Below are positions 24,703 through 34,212 of a stretch of DNA of 38,061 bases, piece after piece. The first letter of the stretch is position 1. Each line of letters starts with the position of its first letter. Source of the DNA: a virus (Duplodnaviria > Heunggongvirae > Uroviricota > Caudoviricetes); the IMG/VR virus record IMGVR_UViG_2541047882_000004; one strand, written 5' to 3'. A program made the translations under genes and the position numbers. The notes under the pieces are model-generated. The model searched no databases, was not told the DNA's origin, and saw only the letters and a program-made list of their open reading frames with translations.

Positions 24703-26749
24703 TCCCCGCGCCAGCCTTGCGGGGGTGGATGCCGCTAATGGTCAGTGCTGGTATGAAATCCGTGCACAGACTGCCGGGCGGGTGGAAATTTACCTCTATG
24801 ACGTGATTGGCGGATGGGGCATCACCGCGCAGCAGTTTATTGCTGACTGTAAGGATGCGGGGGTGTTTGAGGCCAGCGCTATTGATCTGCATATCCACAG
24901 CCCGGGCGGTGATGTGATGCAGGGGTTTGCCATCTTTAACACGCTGTCACGGCTGAAAGCGAAGGTGGATATCTGGGTGGATGGTGTTGCAGCCAGCATG
25001 GCCTCCATGATTGTCTGCCTGCCAGGCGCCACAGTGCATATGCCTGAAAATTCCTGGCTGATGGTGCACAAGCCGTGGGGCGGGATCGCCGGTGATTCCG
25101 ATGATATGCGTGATTATGCTGACTGGCTGGATCGCAACGAGGCGCTGATGCTGTCAGCCTACATGAATAAAACCGGACTCGGGCAGGAGGAGCTGGAAGC
25201 CATGCTGAAAGCAGAAACCTGGCTGAACGGTGCTGAAGCTGTGGAAAAAGGCTTCGCTGATACGCTTGAACCTGAATTACAGGCTGCGGCCTGTGTGAAC
25301 CAAAATAAACTGAAGGATTACCATAATATGCCAGAACAGATTAACGCGCTTTTTGCTCCACGTGCAGAAACGACAAACGGACAGCCGCAGGAGCCGAAAG
25401 CAACCCCGCAAAATGCGCAACAGATCGCTGCTCAGCAGGCACCATCAACCGGAAATGTGGATATCAGCGCAATTGCTTCGCAGGTTCAGCAACAACTGAT
25501 GGCAGCCAATGCGGAACGTGTGCAGGCTGTAACCGCAGTTTTTGCCTCTTTCCCGTCTTATGCCGCACTGAAAGCGGAGTGTCTGAACGACATGACCTGT
25601 ACGGAAGCACAGGCCCGTGAAAAACTGTTGCAGGCGCTGGCAGCCGGAACGACACCAAGTGCAGGCCCGGGCGCTGTTCATATTCATGCCGGGAACGGTA
25701 ATCTGGTCGGCGATTCCATTCGTGCGGCTGTGATGGCACGCGCCGGATATGCCGAAGCAGAAAAAGATAATGCTTATAACGGTTTTACACTGCGCGAGCT
25801 GGCGCGTGCTTCGCTGGTTGATCGCGGTATCGGTATCTCCGGTCATTCCGCACCGATGGCGATGGTGGGGCTGGCATTTACTCACAGCAGCAGCGATTTC
25901 GGCAATATCCTGATGGATGTGGCTCATAAAGCTGCGTTGCAGGGCTGGGATGATGCCAGCGAAAATTTTGACAAATGGACCCGCAAGGGAACGCTGACTG
26001 ATTTTAAAACCGCGCATCGTGTCGGGCTGGAAACTTTCCCGACGCTACGAAAAGTATTGCCGGGGGCTGAATATAAATATGTGACCCTGAAAGATCGTGG
26101 CGAACCGATTGCACTGGCGACTTATGGCGAATTGTTCAGCATTGATCGCCAGACCATCATCAATGATGACCTGGATATGCTGACCCGTATTCCGATGGCA
26201 ATGGGGGCGGCAGCGCGGACTACCGTGGGTGATCTGGTCTGGGCCGTGCTGACCAGCAATCCGAAAATGTCGGATGGCAAACCGCTGTTCCATGCAGATC
26301 ATGGCAACCTGGTGACTGCAGATTTGTCTATTGAGGGGCTGGATTCCGGGCGTAAAGCCATGCTGCTCCAGAAATCGGGTGACCGCCGCCTGAACATTCG
26401 TCCTGCTTTTATGTTGACGCCTGTTGCCATTGAGTCGCGTGCCAATCAGTTGATTAAGTCTGCCAGCGTGCCCGGTGCAGATGCGAACAGCGGCATTATT
26501 AACCCGATTCAGAATTTTGCCACGGTTCTGTCAGAGGCCCGCCTTGATGACAGCAGCCCGACGGATTATTACCTGGTGGCAGCGCAGGGGCGTGACACGA
26601 TTGAAGTGGCTTACCTCGACGGTATTGATACGCCGTATCTGGAGCAGCAACAGGGCTTTACGGTTGATGGTGCAGCATTCAAGGTGCGCATTGATGCCGG
26701 AGTGGCACCGCTTGACTGGCGTGGCATGGTCAAAGTGAAAAAACAATAA
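24659..26749 (+). CDS. Prohead protease (ClpP/S49-like) fused to scaffold-like linker and HK97-fold major capsid protein
   Basis: 696 aa single ORF: N-terminal ClpP-like protease region (IHSPGGDV...MASM...HKPWGG), Ala/Gln-rich linker, C-terminal major-capsid-like domain; AAGGAG RBS 9 nt upstream of ATG 24659. Confidence 0.8.
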   Translation: MQQMINPRLRGTMINPRASLAGVDAANGQCWYEIRAQTAGRVEIYLYDVIGGWGITAQQFIADCKDAGVFEASAIDLHIHSPGGDVMQGFAIFNTLSRLKAKVDIWVDGVAASMASMIVCLPGATVHMPENSWLMVHKPWGGIAGDSDDMRDYADWLDRNEALMLSAYMNKTGLGQEELEAMLKAETWLNGAEAVEKGFADTLEPELQAAACVNQNKLKDYHNMPEQINALFAPRAETTNGQPQEPKATPQNAQQIAAQQAPSTGNVDISAIASQVQQQLMAANAERVQAVTAVFASFPSYAALKAECLNDMTCTEAQAREKLLQALAAGTTPSAGPGAVHIHAGNGNLVGDSIRAAVMARAGYAEAEKDNAYNGFTLRELARASLVDRGIGISGHSAPMAMVGLAFTHSSSDFGNILMDVAHKAALQGWDDASENFDKWTRKGTLTDFKTAHRVGLETFPTLRKVLPGAEYKYVTLKDRGEPIALATYGELFSIDRQTIINDDLDMLTRIPMAMGAAARTTVGDLVWAVLTSNPKMSDGKPLFHADHGNLVTADLSIEGLDSGRKAMLLQKSGDRRLNIRPAFMLTPVAIESRANQLIKSASVPGADANSGIINPIQNFATVLSEARLDDSSPTDYYLVAAQGRDTIEVAYLDGIDTPYLEQQQGFTVDGAAFKVRIDAGVAPLDWRGMVKVKKQ

Positions 26750-26752
26750 ATA

Positions 26753-26777
26753 ACCGCCGGACAGGGCGGTTTTTTTA
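26753..26777 (+). terminator. Intrinsic terminator after the capsid gene
   Basis: Stem ACCGCC/GGCGGT with loop GGACAG, followed by TTTTTTT. Confidence 0.6.
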
Positions 26778-26821
26778 TGGCTGAAACGGCGCACTTTGCG
26801 CCGCATTTACCGGAGAAAAAA

Positions 26822-27151
26822 ATGTCAAAAAATTTTGTTCAGGACGGAAAAAACGTCGACTGGGTGAACGGGACCGGGAAGGCGGTGTCATCTGGCGATC
26901 TGGTTGTTCAGGATAATCTTGTTGGTGTTGCTCACGCTGATATTCCGGACGGGGATGTGGGCATTCTGCATACGGTGGGGGTTTTCTCTTTACCTAAAGA
27001 GGCAGAGGCGCTAACGCAAGGCAAGCTGGTGTATTTCAAAGCGGATACGGCAACACTGACCGCAACGAAATCAGGTAATACGCTGGTGGGAACAGTATGG
27101 GCATCGGCTGAAGCCGGAGATGCCTGTGTTTGTGTGCGTCTGGGGTACTGA
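26822..27151 (+). CDS. Putative head decoration protein (DUF2190-like)
   Basis: Track ORF 26777..27151 trimmed to ATG 26822 (GGAG RBS); about 109 aa, Gly/Val-rich beta-type sequence directly after the capsid gene. Confidence 0.5.
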   Translation: MSKNFVQDGKNVDWVNGTGKAVSSGDLVVQDNLVGVAHADIPDGDVGILHTVGVFSLPKEAEALTQGKLVYFKADTATLTATKSGNTLVGTVWASAEAGDACVCVRLGY

Positions 27152-27507
27152 TGCATCGATTTTATAAACGGCTGATGCGGGCAGATGCCCGCATTTCCCG
27201 GCTTTTTTCCGAGGAGTGTCCGGCGATACTGTCTATTGGCAGTGAGCGTCGCCCTGTTATGGTGATTTTTGAATCTCCGGATGCGCTGGTTCGTGTTCCG
27301 GGGGGTGGAGAAATTAACGATCAGGCTCCGGCATTCAGCGCACTGACAGAGGATATTAAGGGGCTCAGCACAAACTGCGCAGTGGAGCTGAACCACGAAT
27401 TTTACCGCGTCACGCATATTGGTGCGGATGAAATGGGGCGTACACGCGTAACGCTCGGGCGTGGACGGGGGACGTCATTACCGACCATCGAATGGAGTAA
27501 AAAATAA
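27151..27507 (+). CDS. Hypothetical head-completion or connector protein
   Basis: Track ORF 27130..27507 trimmed to ATG 27151, overlapping the upstream stop; position in the structural module. Confidence 0.45.
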   Translation: MHRFYKRLMRADARISRLFSEECPAILSIGSERRPVMVIFESPDALVRVPGGGEINDQAPAFSALTEDIKGLSTNCAVELNHEFYRVTHIGADEMGRTRVTLGRGRGTSLPTIEWSKK

Positions 27508-27528
27508 ACTTCATAAGGAGATATCGCA

Positions 27529-28212
27529 ATGGCGCGGGCATCACGCATCCGGCGAAATCTGTTGTTTGATATCGACGTCGAAGAATTGCGGGATATTGCG
27601 GCGCAGGCTGGCGCAACGCAGCACCAGTTTCGTCTGGCCTATTCCCGCGCGCTGAAGCGAACAGCATCAAAAATGCGCATGAAGGCGCTTGCGGAACTGA
27701 AAACCGGTCTGGCTCCCCGCAAAATGGACACACTGGACAGGCGTCTTTTTTCCACCCGCATTTCCCGGGGTAATGCGCTGGATGAAGCCCATCTCTGGTT
27801 TGGCCTTAATGCGATCAAGATAAAAGATTTGCGCGGACGCATTCGTGGGCAACGCGTCCGGCGTCATGATCTCCGTGACCCGGTAACCGGGCGTTTTATC
27901 AAAGAGAACCGTGTCCGGCGACGTCGCCGCAAAGCCAGCGATCCAGTTTTTGAACCCAACGGTTCGTTTTTATCTCCTGCCGCGTATGAAAACGGGCTGG
28001 TGATACGCAGCCGTAAAGAGAACCGACGAACGATCATCATCAAAAATCCGGAGACGGGGCGCGCCCGTGAAGCCGAGGCCAACATTTACGCCCGCACGAT
28101 GGATTACGTGGAGGATGTGGCTTTTGCGGAGTGCCTGGAGATTTTTATGAAAGAGTTCGAATCAGACATCCGGCGACGCGCGAAGTACGGCATTACCGTG
28201 ACCCCCCGATAA
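27529..28212 (+). CDS. Hypothetical structural protein (227 aa, Arg-rich), possible tail-completion protein
   Basis: AAGGAGA RBS; lies between head and baseplate/tail genes in the P2 R/S-like position. Confidence 0.45.
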   Translation: MARASRIRRNLLFDIDVEELRDIAAQAGATQHQFRLAYSRALKRTASKMRMKALAELKTGLAPRKMDTLDRRLFSTRISRGNALDEAHLWFGLNAIKIKDLRGRIRGQRVRRHDLRDPVTGRFIKENRVRRRRRKASDPVFEPNGSFLSPAAYENGLVIRSRKENRRTIIIKNPETGRAREAEANIYARTMDYVEDVAFAECLEIFMKEFESDIRRRAKYGITVTPR

Positions 28213-28228
28213 AAAACGTGAGGATGTA

Positions 28229-28798
28229 ATGGCTGAACCCTTATGCATGGCATCCTGGCACACTGCTGTGCTGGATGCCCTGAAAAAACTTAAATGGATC
28301 AATGATGCGGACACCTATCCGGAACGGGTCACGCAGCTGGTCACTCCGGCGGTGTTTCTGGCGGTGGATGGCTGGGATGCGAAAAGCAATGCAGACGGGC
28401 AGATGACGGTGGTGTTGTCTGCCGCGCTGTGGGTACTGGTTGACCGTGCCGGTGAGCCGGATAAAGAAAAAAAAGAAGAACGCAGGGCGATAAAGCCGGA
28501 TATTTTTATCCGTTCGGCGGCCGCCGCGTTGTCGCACTGGCTCGACGGGCAGACGTTCGGACTGGCAAATGTGGAGCCTGCCATTTTTATTTCGGCGGAC
28601 GCAGATGAAACCGATCCGCGTCTGGATGATTATCTGGTCTGGCAGATTTCATTTAACCAGACGGTGACGTTTGGTATGGATCCCTTTGCCACGGATAACC
28701 TGCCGCTACAGCGGGCCTGGCTGGGCGTGGCACCGGAGATCGGGCGACAGCATGTGGATGATTACCGGCTGATTTTTGAGGGAAAGCCACGTGAATGA
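28229..28798 (+). CDS. Hypothetical structural protein (189 aa), possible tail-completion protein
   Basis: Track ORF immediately upstream of the gpV-like gene and overlapping it. Confidence 0.45.
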   Translation: MAEPLCMASWHTAVLDALKKLKWINDADTYPERVTQLVTPAVFLAVDGWDAKSNADGQMTVVLSAALWVLVDRAGEPDKEKKEERRAIKPDIFIRSAAAALSHWLDGQTFGLANVEPAIFISADADETDPRLDDYLVWQISFNQTVTFGMDPFATDNLPLQRAWLGVAPEIGRQHVDDYRLIFEGKPRE

Positions 28799-29411
28799 GG
28801 TTCTGGGGGATTTACAGCGTCGCCTGGCAAATATGGTCCGGCGTGGGGTGATCCACTCGGTGCGGCTGGACGGTGGTTTTCCGGAATGCCGCGTGGATCT
28901 GGGGGATATTGTGACCACCTGGCTGCCATTGTGTCAGGGTTTTGCCGGAAAAAACCGGGCAGATTTTGAGCCGTTTGCTGTGGGCGATGCGGTCACGGTA
29001 CTGTCAGAGGCCGGGGAGCTGAATAACGGTCGTGTTTTTCCCGGCTGGAATACCGGTGAGGCACCGGCTCCGCAGGGCAGCGACAGTGAGCACATCACCC
29101 GTTACGGAGATGGTACTGAAATTTGCTATAACCGGGAGACGCATTCACTGACCATTATTCTGGCGGAAGGGGGCACCTATGCCATTACCGGGAATGGTGT
29201 GCTGGACGGAAATGTCATGATCTCAGAAGACCTGATCGTGAACGGACGCACGATGGTTGAAGGTGAAGTGGTGGTGAAAAGTGATTTTTATGCAAAAGGC
29301 GAGGTGACGGATAAATCCGGCAGCATGAGCCGGATCCGGGAAACGTTTAATGGACACGACCATCCCGGAGACAGTGGGGGAACCACGAAAGTACCGAATC
29401 AGAAAATGTGA
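28791..29411 (+). CDS. Baseplate assembly protein V (gpV-like hub/spike)
   Basis: N-terminus VNEVLGDLQRRLANMVRRGVI and C-terminal FNGHDHPGDSGGTT motif resemble P2 gpV; GTG 28791 overlaps the upstream stop (the track ORF begins at ATG 28776). Confidence 0.75.
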   Translation: MNEVLGDLQRRLANMVRRGVIHSVRLDGGFPECRVDLGDIVTTWLPLCQGFAGKNRADFEPFAVGDAVTVLSEAGELNNGRVFPGWNTGEAPAPQGSDSEHITRYGDGTEICYNRETHSLTIILAEGGTYAITGNGVLDGNVMISEDLIVNGRTMVEGEVVVKSDFYAKGEVTDKSGSMSRIRETFNGHDHPGDSGGTTKVPNQKM

Positions 29412-29432
29412 CCTGCTGCGGCAGGTTTTTTT
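29411..29432 (+). terminator. Intrinsic terminator after the gpV gene
   Basis: Stem ACCTGC/GCAGGT with loop TGCG, followed by TTTTTTT. Confidence 0.55.
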
Positions 29433-29449
29433 ATGTCCGGAGAATGCAA

Positions 29450-30919
29450 ATGGGGCAATTACATGGTGTGGAAACCATCGAGCTGACAGCAGGCACGGTG
29501 GCAGTAACCACAATAGAGACAGCCATTATTGGTGTGGTGGGAACCGCGCCGCAGGCTGCCGGAGCTGTGGCAGCGACACTGACAGCGGGAACGCCGCTGC
29601 TGGATAACGAGCTGACCTTTACGGCAAAAGCGGGGGGACGGAGCGGAAATACCATTACCGTTATTGCTGAACAGGCTTTACAGGCAGCAAAAGAAAAAAG
29701 TGCGGGTGCGGTTCCCACGTCAGCAAAATGGGAAAACGGAAGTCTGTTGATTTGGCTTGGATGCAGTGAAGAGGGGGCAGGCAATGCCACCGTCAGTGAT
29801 GTTGTGACGGCGGTGAATGGCGCGGCGGGGGCCGGGGTGATTGCCACCGGCAGCGGTGACGGTGTTGTGTCGCCGTTTTCCGGCACACTGAGTGGTGGCG
29901 AAGATGAACCGTTTCCGCTGAACACGCCAGTGGCGATGGCGGGAACAACGGCGCTTTCACGTCTGGGGATCACCGGAACACTGAAGCAGGCGCTGACGGA
30001 GATTAACGACCAGCGTAACGCGCTGTCGGTGATCGTCCGGGTGGAAGAAAAAACGAAGCCGGAAGAGCAGCGTGCTGCCATTCTTGCGGGGATCAGCATG
30101 CTGTCATCGGCAAAATCCGTCACCACGTATCAGCCACGTATTGTGATTGCACCAGGATTCAGTGAAGACGATGCGGTAGGTAAGGCACTGGAAACGGTGG
30201 CCGGAAAACTGCGTGCAGTGGCGTACGTGGATTGTGCTGCGGGCGCGACACTGCAGGATGTGGTGCAGCGTCGCCAGTCTTACGGTGCCAGGACTGAATT
30301 ACTGCGCCCGCGTGTGCAGGTCAGTAATGCAGAGGGGCAACTGGTGTATCGCCCGTATTCGGCCTTTGCTGCCGGACTGCGTGCCCGTATTGACTATGAA
30401 AAAGGGTGGTGGTGGAGCAAATCAAACCAGGAGGTTTACAACATCCTCGGTGTTGAGCAGGTGGATGAATTTATCCTCGGTGAGCGCAACTGTGATGCCA
30501 ACCTGCTTAATATGCAGAATGTCTCCACCCTGATCCGCCGCGCCGGATTTAAACACTGGGGAAACCGTCTGTGCTCGTCCCATCCCCAGTGGCATTTCGA
30601 GTCCGTCCGCCGTACTGCGGATGTGATTGAAGACAGTATTCAGGAGGCGATGCTGGCGTATGTTGACCGCCCGCTCGATCGCCAGAATGCGGACGATATC
30701 ATCGGCACCATTAATGCGTATATGCGCCGTCTGGTGGCAGAAGGTGCCATCTTCGGGGGGCGGGCATGGCTGGATCCGGAACTGAATACCGCCGAAACGC
30801 TGGCAGCCGGGGAACTGTACATCAACTATGACTTCGGTCCCAAATCGCCGACGGAACTTATCAGCATGCGGGTGAGCGTCAACAACGAATACGGCATTAA
30901 GGAGATGACGGCAACATGA
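29450..30919 (+). CDS. Contractile tail sheath protein
   Basis: About 490 aa; C-terminal region (GELYINYDFGPKSP) typical of myophage sheath proteins; track ORF 29408.. trimmed to ATG 29450 (GGAG RBS). Confidence 0.8.
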   Translation: MGQLHGVETIELTAGTVAVTTIETAIIGVVGTAPQAAGAVAATLTAGTPLLDNELTFTAKAGGRSGNTITVIAEQALQAAKEKSAGAVPTSAKWENGSLLIWLGCSEEGAGNATVSDVVTAVNGAAGAGVIATGSGDGVVSPFSGTLSGGEDEPFPLNTPVAMAGTTALSRLGITGTLKQALTEINDQRNALSVIVRVEEKTKPEEQRAAILAGISMLSSAKSVTTYQPRIVIAPGFSEDDAVGKALETVAGKLRAVAYVDCAAGATLQDVVQRRQSYGARTELLRPRVQVSNAEGQLVYRPYSAFAAGLRARIDYEKGWWWSKSNQEVYNILGVEQVDEFILGERNCDANLLNMQNVSTLIRRAGFKHWGNRLCSSHPQWHFESVRRTADVIEDSIQEAMLAYVDRPLDRQNADDIIGTINAYMRRLVAEGAIFGGRAWLDPELNTAETLAAGELYINYDFGPKSPTELISMRVSVNNEYGIKEMTAT

Positions 30920-31422
30920 GCAGCAAAAACACATTACGCGCCTGGACTTTTTTCCGCCAGGGGATCCGTATTCAGGGAGCGCATGAGTTCACGCCCCCCA
31001 CGCTGTCCATAACCACCACTGATTTACGCACCGGGGCACAGGATGCCCCCACGCCGGTTGACGACGGCATGGAGGCGCTGACCTGCCAGATTAAATTCTA
31101 TGGTCTGGATACAGACATGCTGTCCAGTCTCGGATTTGTCAGTGGCAACCGCTCCCGCTTCACGGCCTATCAGGGCTATCTGGCAAACGGCACCGCGCTG
31201 GGGACCACCGAAGAAATCGAAGGTTTTGTGAAAACGGTGACGCCGGATGCACGTGGAAACAGCAGCCTGTCAGAAAATGCAGTGACTGTGGAAATCGCGG
31301 TGAATTATTACCGTCAGACACTGGAGGGGATCGAGCTCATTATGATTGATACCGAGCGTTTCGAGCGTCGGATCAACGGCGTGAATGTTCTCGCCGGCCT
31401 GTCGGCAAAAGTGCGTCTCTGA
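30916..31422 (+). CDS. Tail tube protein (FII-like)
   Basis: 168 aa directly after the sheath gene; start overlaps the sheath stop (ATGA). Confidence 0.75.
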   Translation: MSSKNTLRAWTFFRQGIRIQGAHEFTPPTLSITTTDLRTGAQDAPTPVDDGMEALTCQIKFYGLDTDMLSSLGFVSGNRSRFTAYQGYLANGTALGTTEEIEGFVKTVTPDARGNSSLSENAVTVEIAVNYYRQTLEGIELIMIDTERFERRINGVNVLAGLSAKVRL

Positions 31423-31440
31423 TCACTGATTAACGCATAA

Positions 31441-31462
31441 CGGCCTGCGGGCCGTTTTTTTA
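31441..31462 (+). terminator. Intrinsic terminator after the tail tube gene
   Basis: Stem ACGGCC/GGCCGT with loop TGCG, followed by TTTTTTT. Confidence 0.55.
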
Positions 31463-31474
31463 AGGAGCAGATAT

Positions 31475-31774
31475 ATGAATATTCCGGGCGAAACCCGCAC
31501 CATCACACTGTACACGCCGGTCACTCTGGGAGGCGGGGCTGTGCTGGAACGCATCACCATGCGCGAACCGCTGGTGCGCGATCGCATTGCCTTCACCAAA
31601 GACCGGGGAACAGAAGAGGAAAAAGAGGCGCGTATGATTGCGCAGCTTTGTAATCTGAGTGAGCAGGATATCTGGCTGCTGACCGCAGCGGATTATGCCC
31701 AGCTGACGGATGCCTTTAATGTTTTTATGCTGCCACCCGGGAAGCGACCGAAACCGAAATCTTCAGAGGGTTAA
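31475..31774 (+). CDS. Tail assembly chaperone (gpE/G-like)
   Basis: 99 aa acidic protein between the tube and tape-measure genes; AAGGAG RBS. Confidence 0.7.
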   Translation: MNIPGETRTITLYTPVTLGGGAVLERITMREPLVRDRIAFTKDRGTEEEKEARMIAQLCNLSEQDIWLLTAADYAQLTDAFNVFMLPPGKRPKPKSSEG

Positions 31775-31902
31775 GGTTTCTCGGGCGGCGGCTGCATTTT
31801 CCTCTTTCCGATTATCTGTCCATGCCGTTCAGTGTGTTTACGGCATTTTTACTGGATGAAGTGGAGGCAGTAAAACGTGGGAAGCGTAAGCCAGAATCTT
31901 AA
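31720..31902 (+). other. Candidate -1 frameshift extension (E'-like) of the tail assembly chaperone
   Basis: The -1 frame is open from 31720 to the TAA at 31900-31902 and encodes a protein-like segment; a T5 run (GTTTTTA, 31721-31727) lies in the overlap window. Confidence 0.4.
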
Positions 31903-33535
31903 GGCCACCGTGTCGTTCGGGGGCAAACTGGACAGTTCGTGGCGTCGTTCGGCGACGGATCTGCGAAAAAATCTGCAGGATGTGGAGCAGCAGGCTGCGC
32001 GTTTGCGTAAGGAACAGGCAGAGCTGGCGGCAGAAATGAAACGGGCGGCGCTGGCAGGGAAACGTTTTAAGTCGATGGAGGATGAATACGCCCGGCTCAC
32101 GGCTGAAATTAAGAAAGCGGATGCGGCCCAGAAAAAACTGAACCGGAGCCTTGAGCGTCGCGATCGGCTCGGACGTTTTATGGGGAAGGGAAAAAGCCTG
32201 CTTGCCGGAACCGGTAAATTTGCCTGGAATGCCGGTCTGGCGATGGGGGGCGGTGCCGTGACCACGGCACTTGGTGCGCTGATTGCTCCGGCTGCCATGA
32301 ATGCGCAGACGGCTGAAACAGCGGGTAAAGCGACTGCGTATGGCGTGGATACCCGCACGTACATGAACTGGGACGCCCTGGCAAAACAGTACGATATGAC
32401 CGGCGATAATATCGGGGATCTGTTTGAGGAATACCTGCATAAGGCCGGGGAATATAAACAAAATGGCAAGCAGAGTTCGCTTTCTGACGCCTTTGAAACG
32501 CTGGGATTTGAGGAAGGCGATCTTGCCGGACTGAGTGATAAGGAACAGTTCGAAAAAATTATCGACAGGGCGCTGTCACTGAAGGATGAATCAAAGGCAT
32601 CGTTTGCGCTGGATGCATTGTTTGGTGGTGAAGCCAGTAAACTGCTGATGCTGATCAAACGCTCAGGAAAAAGCTTTCAGGAGCTGCTGGCTGAGCAGGA
32701 TAAATATAACCTGGTGACAAAAGAAGGTGTGGCTGGCGCACTTGCCGGAAACAAGGCTGTTTCTGATTTGCAGCAGGTTTTTTCTTCTGCGGTTGCAGAA
32801 ATTTCCGGACAACTGGGCGCAGAGCTGGCCCCCGCCATACAACAGACAGCGGGTGACCTGGCAGAGTGGTTTAAAGGCGGAGGCATTAAAAAAGTTGTGT
32901 CTTTTCTGAGGGACACGCTGTATCCGGCGGCCCTGAAGTTCGGCGAAGGCGTCATTTTTGTCGGAAAAATTATTTTTGCAGTAGCCAAAAAACTCGCCTG
33001 GTTATTACCGGATGAACAGGGCGATCAGAAGCAGATTCTGGAGTATGTCGGGCGTGGTGACATGACCGCTGCCCGGACAGTGGCCCGGAACAGCGGGCAG
33101 GATGCCTGGCTTGATGAGCAACTGAAAAATAATCCGGATTTTGAAAAGAGTGTCCGTGAAAAATATAACGCCGCGAAGGGATTTATGGGCATTGTGGATA
33201 CGGATGCGTTTCATGAATCGGTGAACAGTTACCTCACGCCGGAAAAAACGTTCGATTTTTCGTTGCCGGCAGCGCAGGCAGGATCCGCCGGAAAACAGGA
33301 TGATCCTTTTGCCAGTGCGGGGGCATGGCAGGCTGCCGTGCAGGCCATTCCTGTTGAGAGCGGACAGTCCGGCGCACAGCTGAATGACAACAGTGTGAAG
33401 AATTATAACTTCAACATTGTTGCGCAGCCCGGACAGAGCGAACAGGGTATTGCGGACGCCATTGCCGGAATGACGAAAAACAACCCGGCCTTCAGTGGTA
33501 ATAATGCGTTGTGGGATGGAGGAAGTGTCTGGTGA
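31877..33535 (+). CDS. Tail tape measure protein
   Basis: 552 aa, coiled-coil-rich with Gly-rich hydrophobic segments; GTG start with GGAGG RBS 9 nt upstream. Confidence 0.85.
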   Translation: MGSVSQNLKATVSFGGKLDSSWRRSATDLRKNLQDVEQQAARLRKEQAELAAEMKRAALAGKRFKSMEDEYARLTAEIKKADAAQKKLNRSLERRDRLGRFMGKGKSLLAGTGKFAWNAGLAMGGGAVTTALGALIAPAAMNAQTAETAGKATAYGVDTRTYMNWDALAKQYDMTGDNIGDLFEEYLHKAGEYKQNGKQSSLSDAFETLGFEEGDLAGLSDKEQFEKIIDRALSLKDESKASFALDALFGGEASKLLMLIKRSGKSFQELLAEQDKYNLVTKEGVAGALAGNKAVSDLQQVFSSAVAEISGQLGAELAPAIQQTAGDLAEWFKGGGIKKVVSFLRDTLYPAALKFGEGVIFVGKIIFAVAKKLAWLLPDEQGDQKQILEYVGRGDMTAARTVARNSGQDAWLDEQLKNNPDFEKSVREKYNAAKGFMGIVDTDAFHESVNSYLTPEKTFDFSLPAAQAGSAGKQDDPFASAGAWQAAVQAIPVESGQSGAQLNDNSVKNYNFNIVAQPGQSEQGIADAIAGMTKNNPAFSGNNALWDGGSVW

Positions 33536-34011
33536 GTGTGGGTTCGGTTATTGCTCTCGCTGAAGACAGCCTTCAGCGTGACAACAGTTATCTCCGTGGT
33601 GCTGCAGATGCCAGAGTCATGCTGATGCTGGGGGATTTCGCCTTTTCCGTGGATACCACGGCATATAACCAGCTGACCCGTGAGGCGGGGTGGACCTGGA
33701 GCGAGCAGGCGCGCATCGGTCAGCAGAGTCTGCTGCAGTATACCGGGAAGAACGGGCGAACCGTTCGCCTTGAAGGGGAATCGCACGCCTTTTTGGGGAA
33801 GTCGGGGACAGAGGCGGTGAACACGCTGTATGACCTGGCGAATAAGGCTGAGCCGCAACTGCTGGTCAGCGGAGAAGGTGATGTGCTGGGATGGTGGGTG
33901 GTGGAGCGTTTTTCTGATTCCACCGACCGTTTTTTGCCTGGCGGTGGGCACCGTAACAAAAAGTGGAGTCTGGAGCTGAAACATTATGCCGACGATCTGG
34001 ATAACCCGTGA
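33532..34011 (+). CDS. Tail protein (gpU-like)
   Basis: About 159 aa after the tape measure gene (P2 U position); GTG start overlaps the tape-measure stop. Confidence 0.6.
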   Translation: MSVGSVIALAEDSLQRDNSYLRGAADARVMLMLGDFAFSVDTTAYNQLTREAGWTWSEQARIGQQSLLQYTGKNGRTVRLEGESHAFLGKSGTEAVNTLYDLANKAEPQLLVSGEGDVLGWWVVERFSDSTDRFLPGGGHRNKKWSLELKHYADDLDNP

Positions 34012-34201
34012 CGGGGATGTGCTTGATGCGATTTGCGCCACGCATTACGGCACGGAAAATCTGTCTGCCGTGCTCACTCTTGTGCTGGAGGCCAATCAGG
34101 GGCTGGCAGAGAAAGGCGCGGTTTATCCGGCGGGGATCCGCATTGTGTTGCCTGAAATCACACAACAGGTGTCTGAGTCGCCATACAGCCTGTGGGATTA
34201 A
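33986..34201 (+). CDS. Tail protein X-like small protein
   Basis: 71 aa between the U-like and D-like genes. Confidence 0.55.
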   Translation: MPTIWITRDGDVLDAICATHYGTENLSAVLTLVLEANQGLAEKGAVYPAGIRIVLPEITQQVSESPYSLWD

Positions 34202-34212
34202 GGGAGGAGATG

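Noticed and set aside
25445-26017. 190 aa minus-strand ORF and other antisense ORFs inside the capsid fusion gene
   Set aside because: Embedded antisense within a well-supported structural gene; no RBS, Cys/Arg-rich translation.
29431-30126. 231 aa minus-strand ORF
   Set aside because: Antisense to the tail sheath gene; composition is Ala/Ser/Pro/Val-rich and not protein-like.
31849-32658. 269 aa minus-strand ORF
   Set aside because: Antisense to the tape-measure gene; low-complexity Ala/Ser/Arg-rich translation typical of a spurious frame within a coding region.
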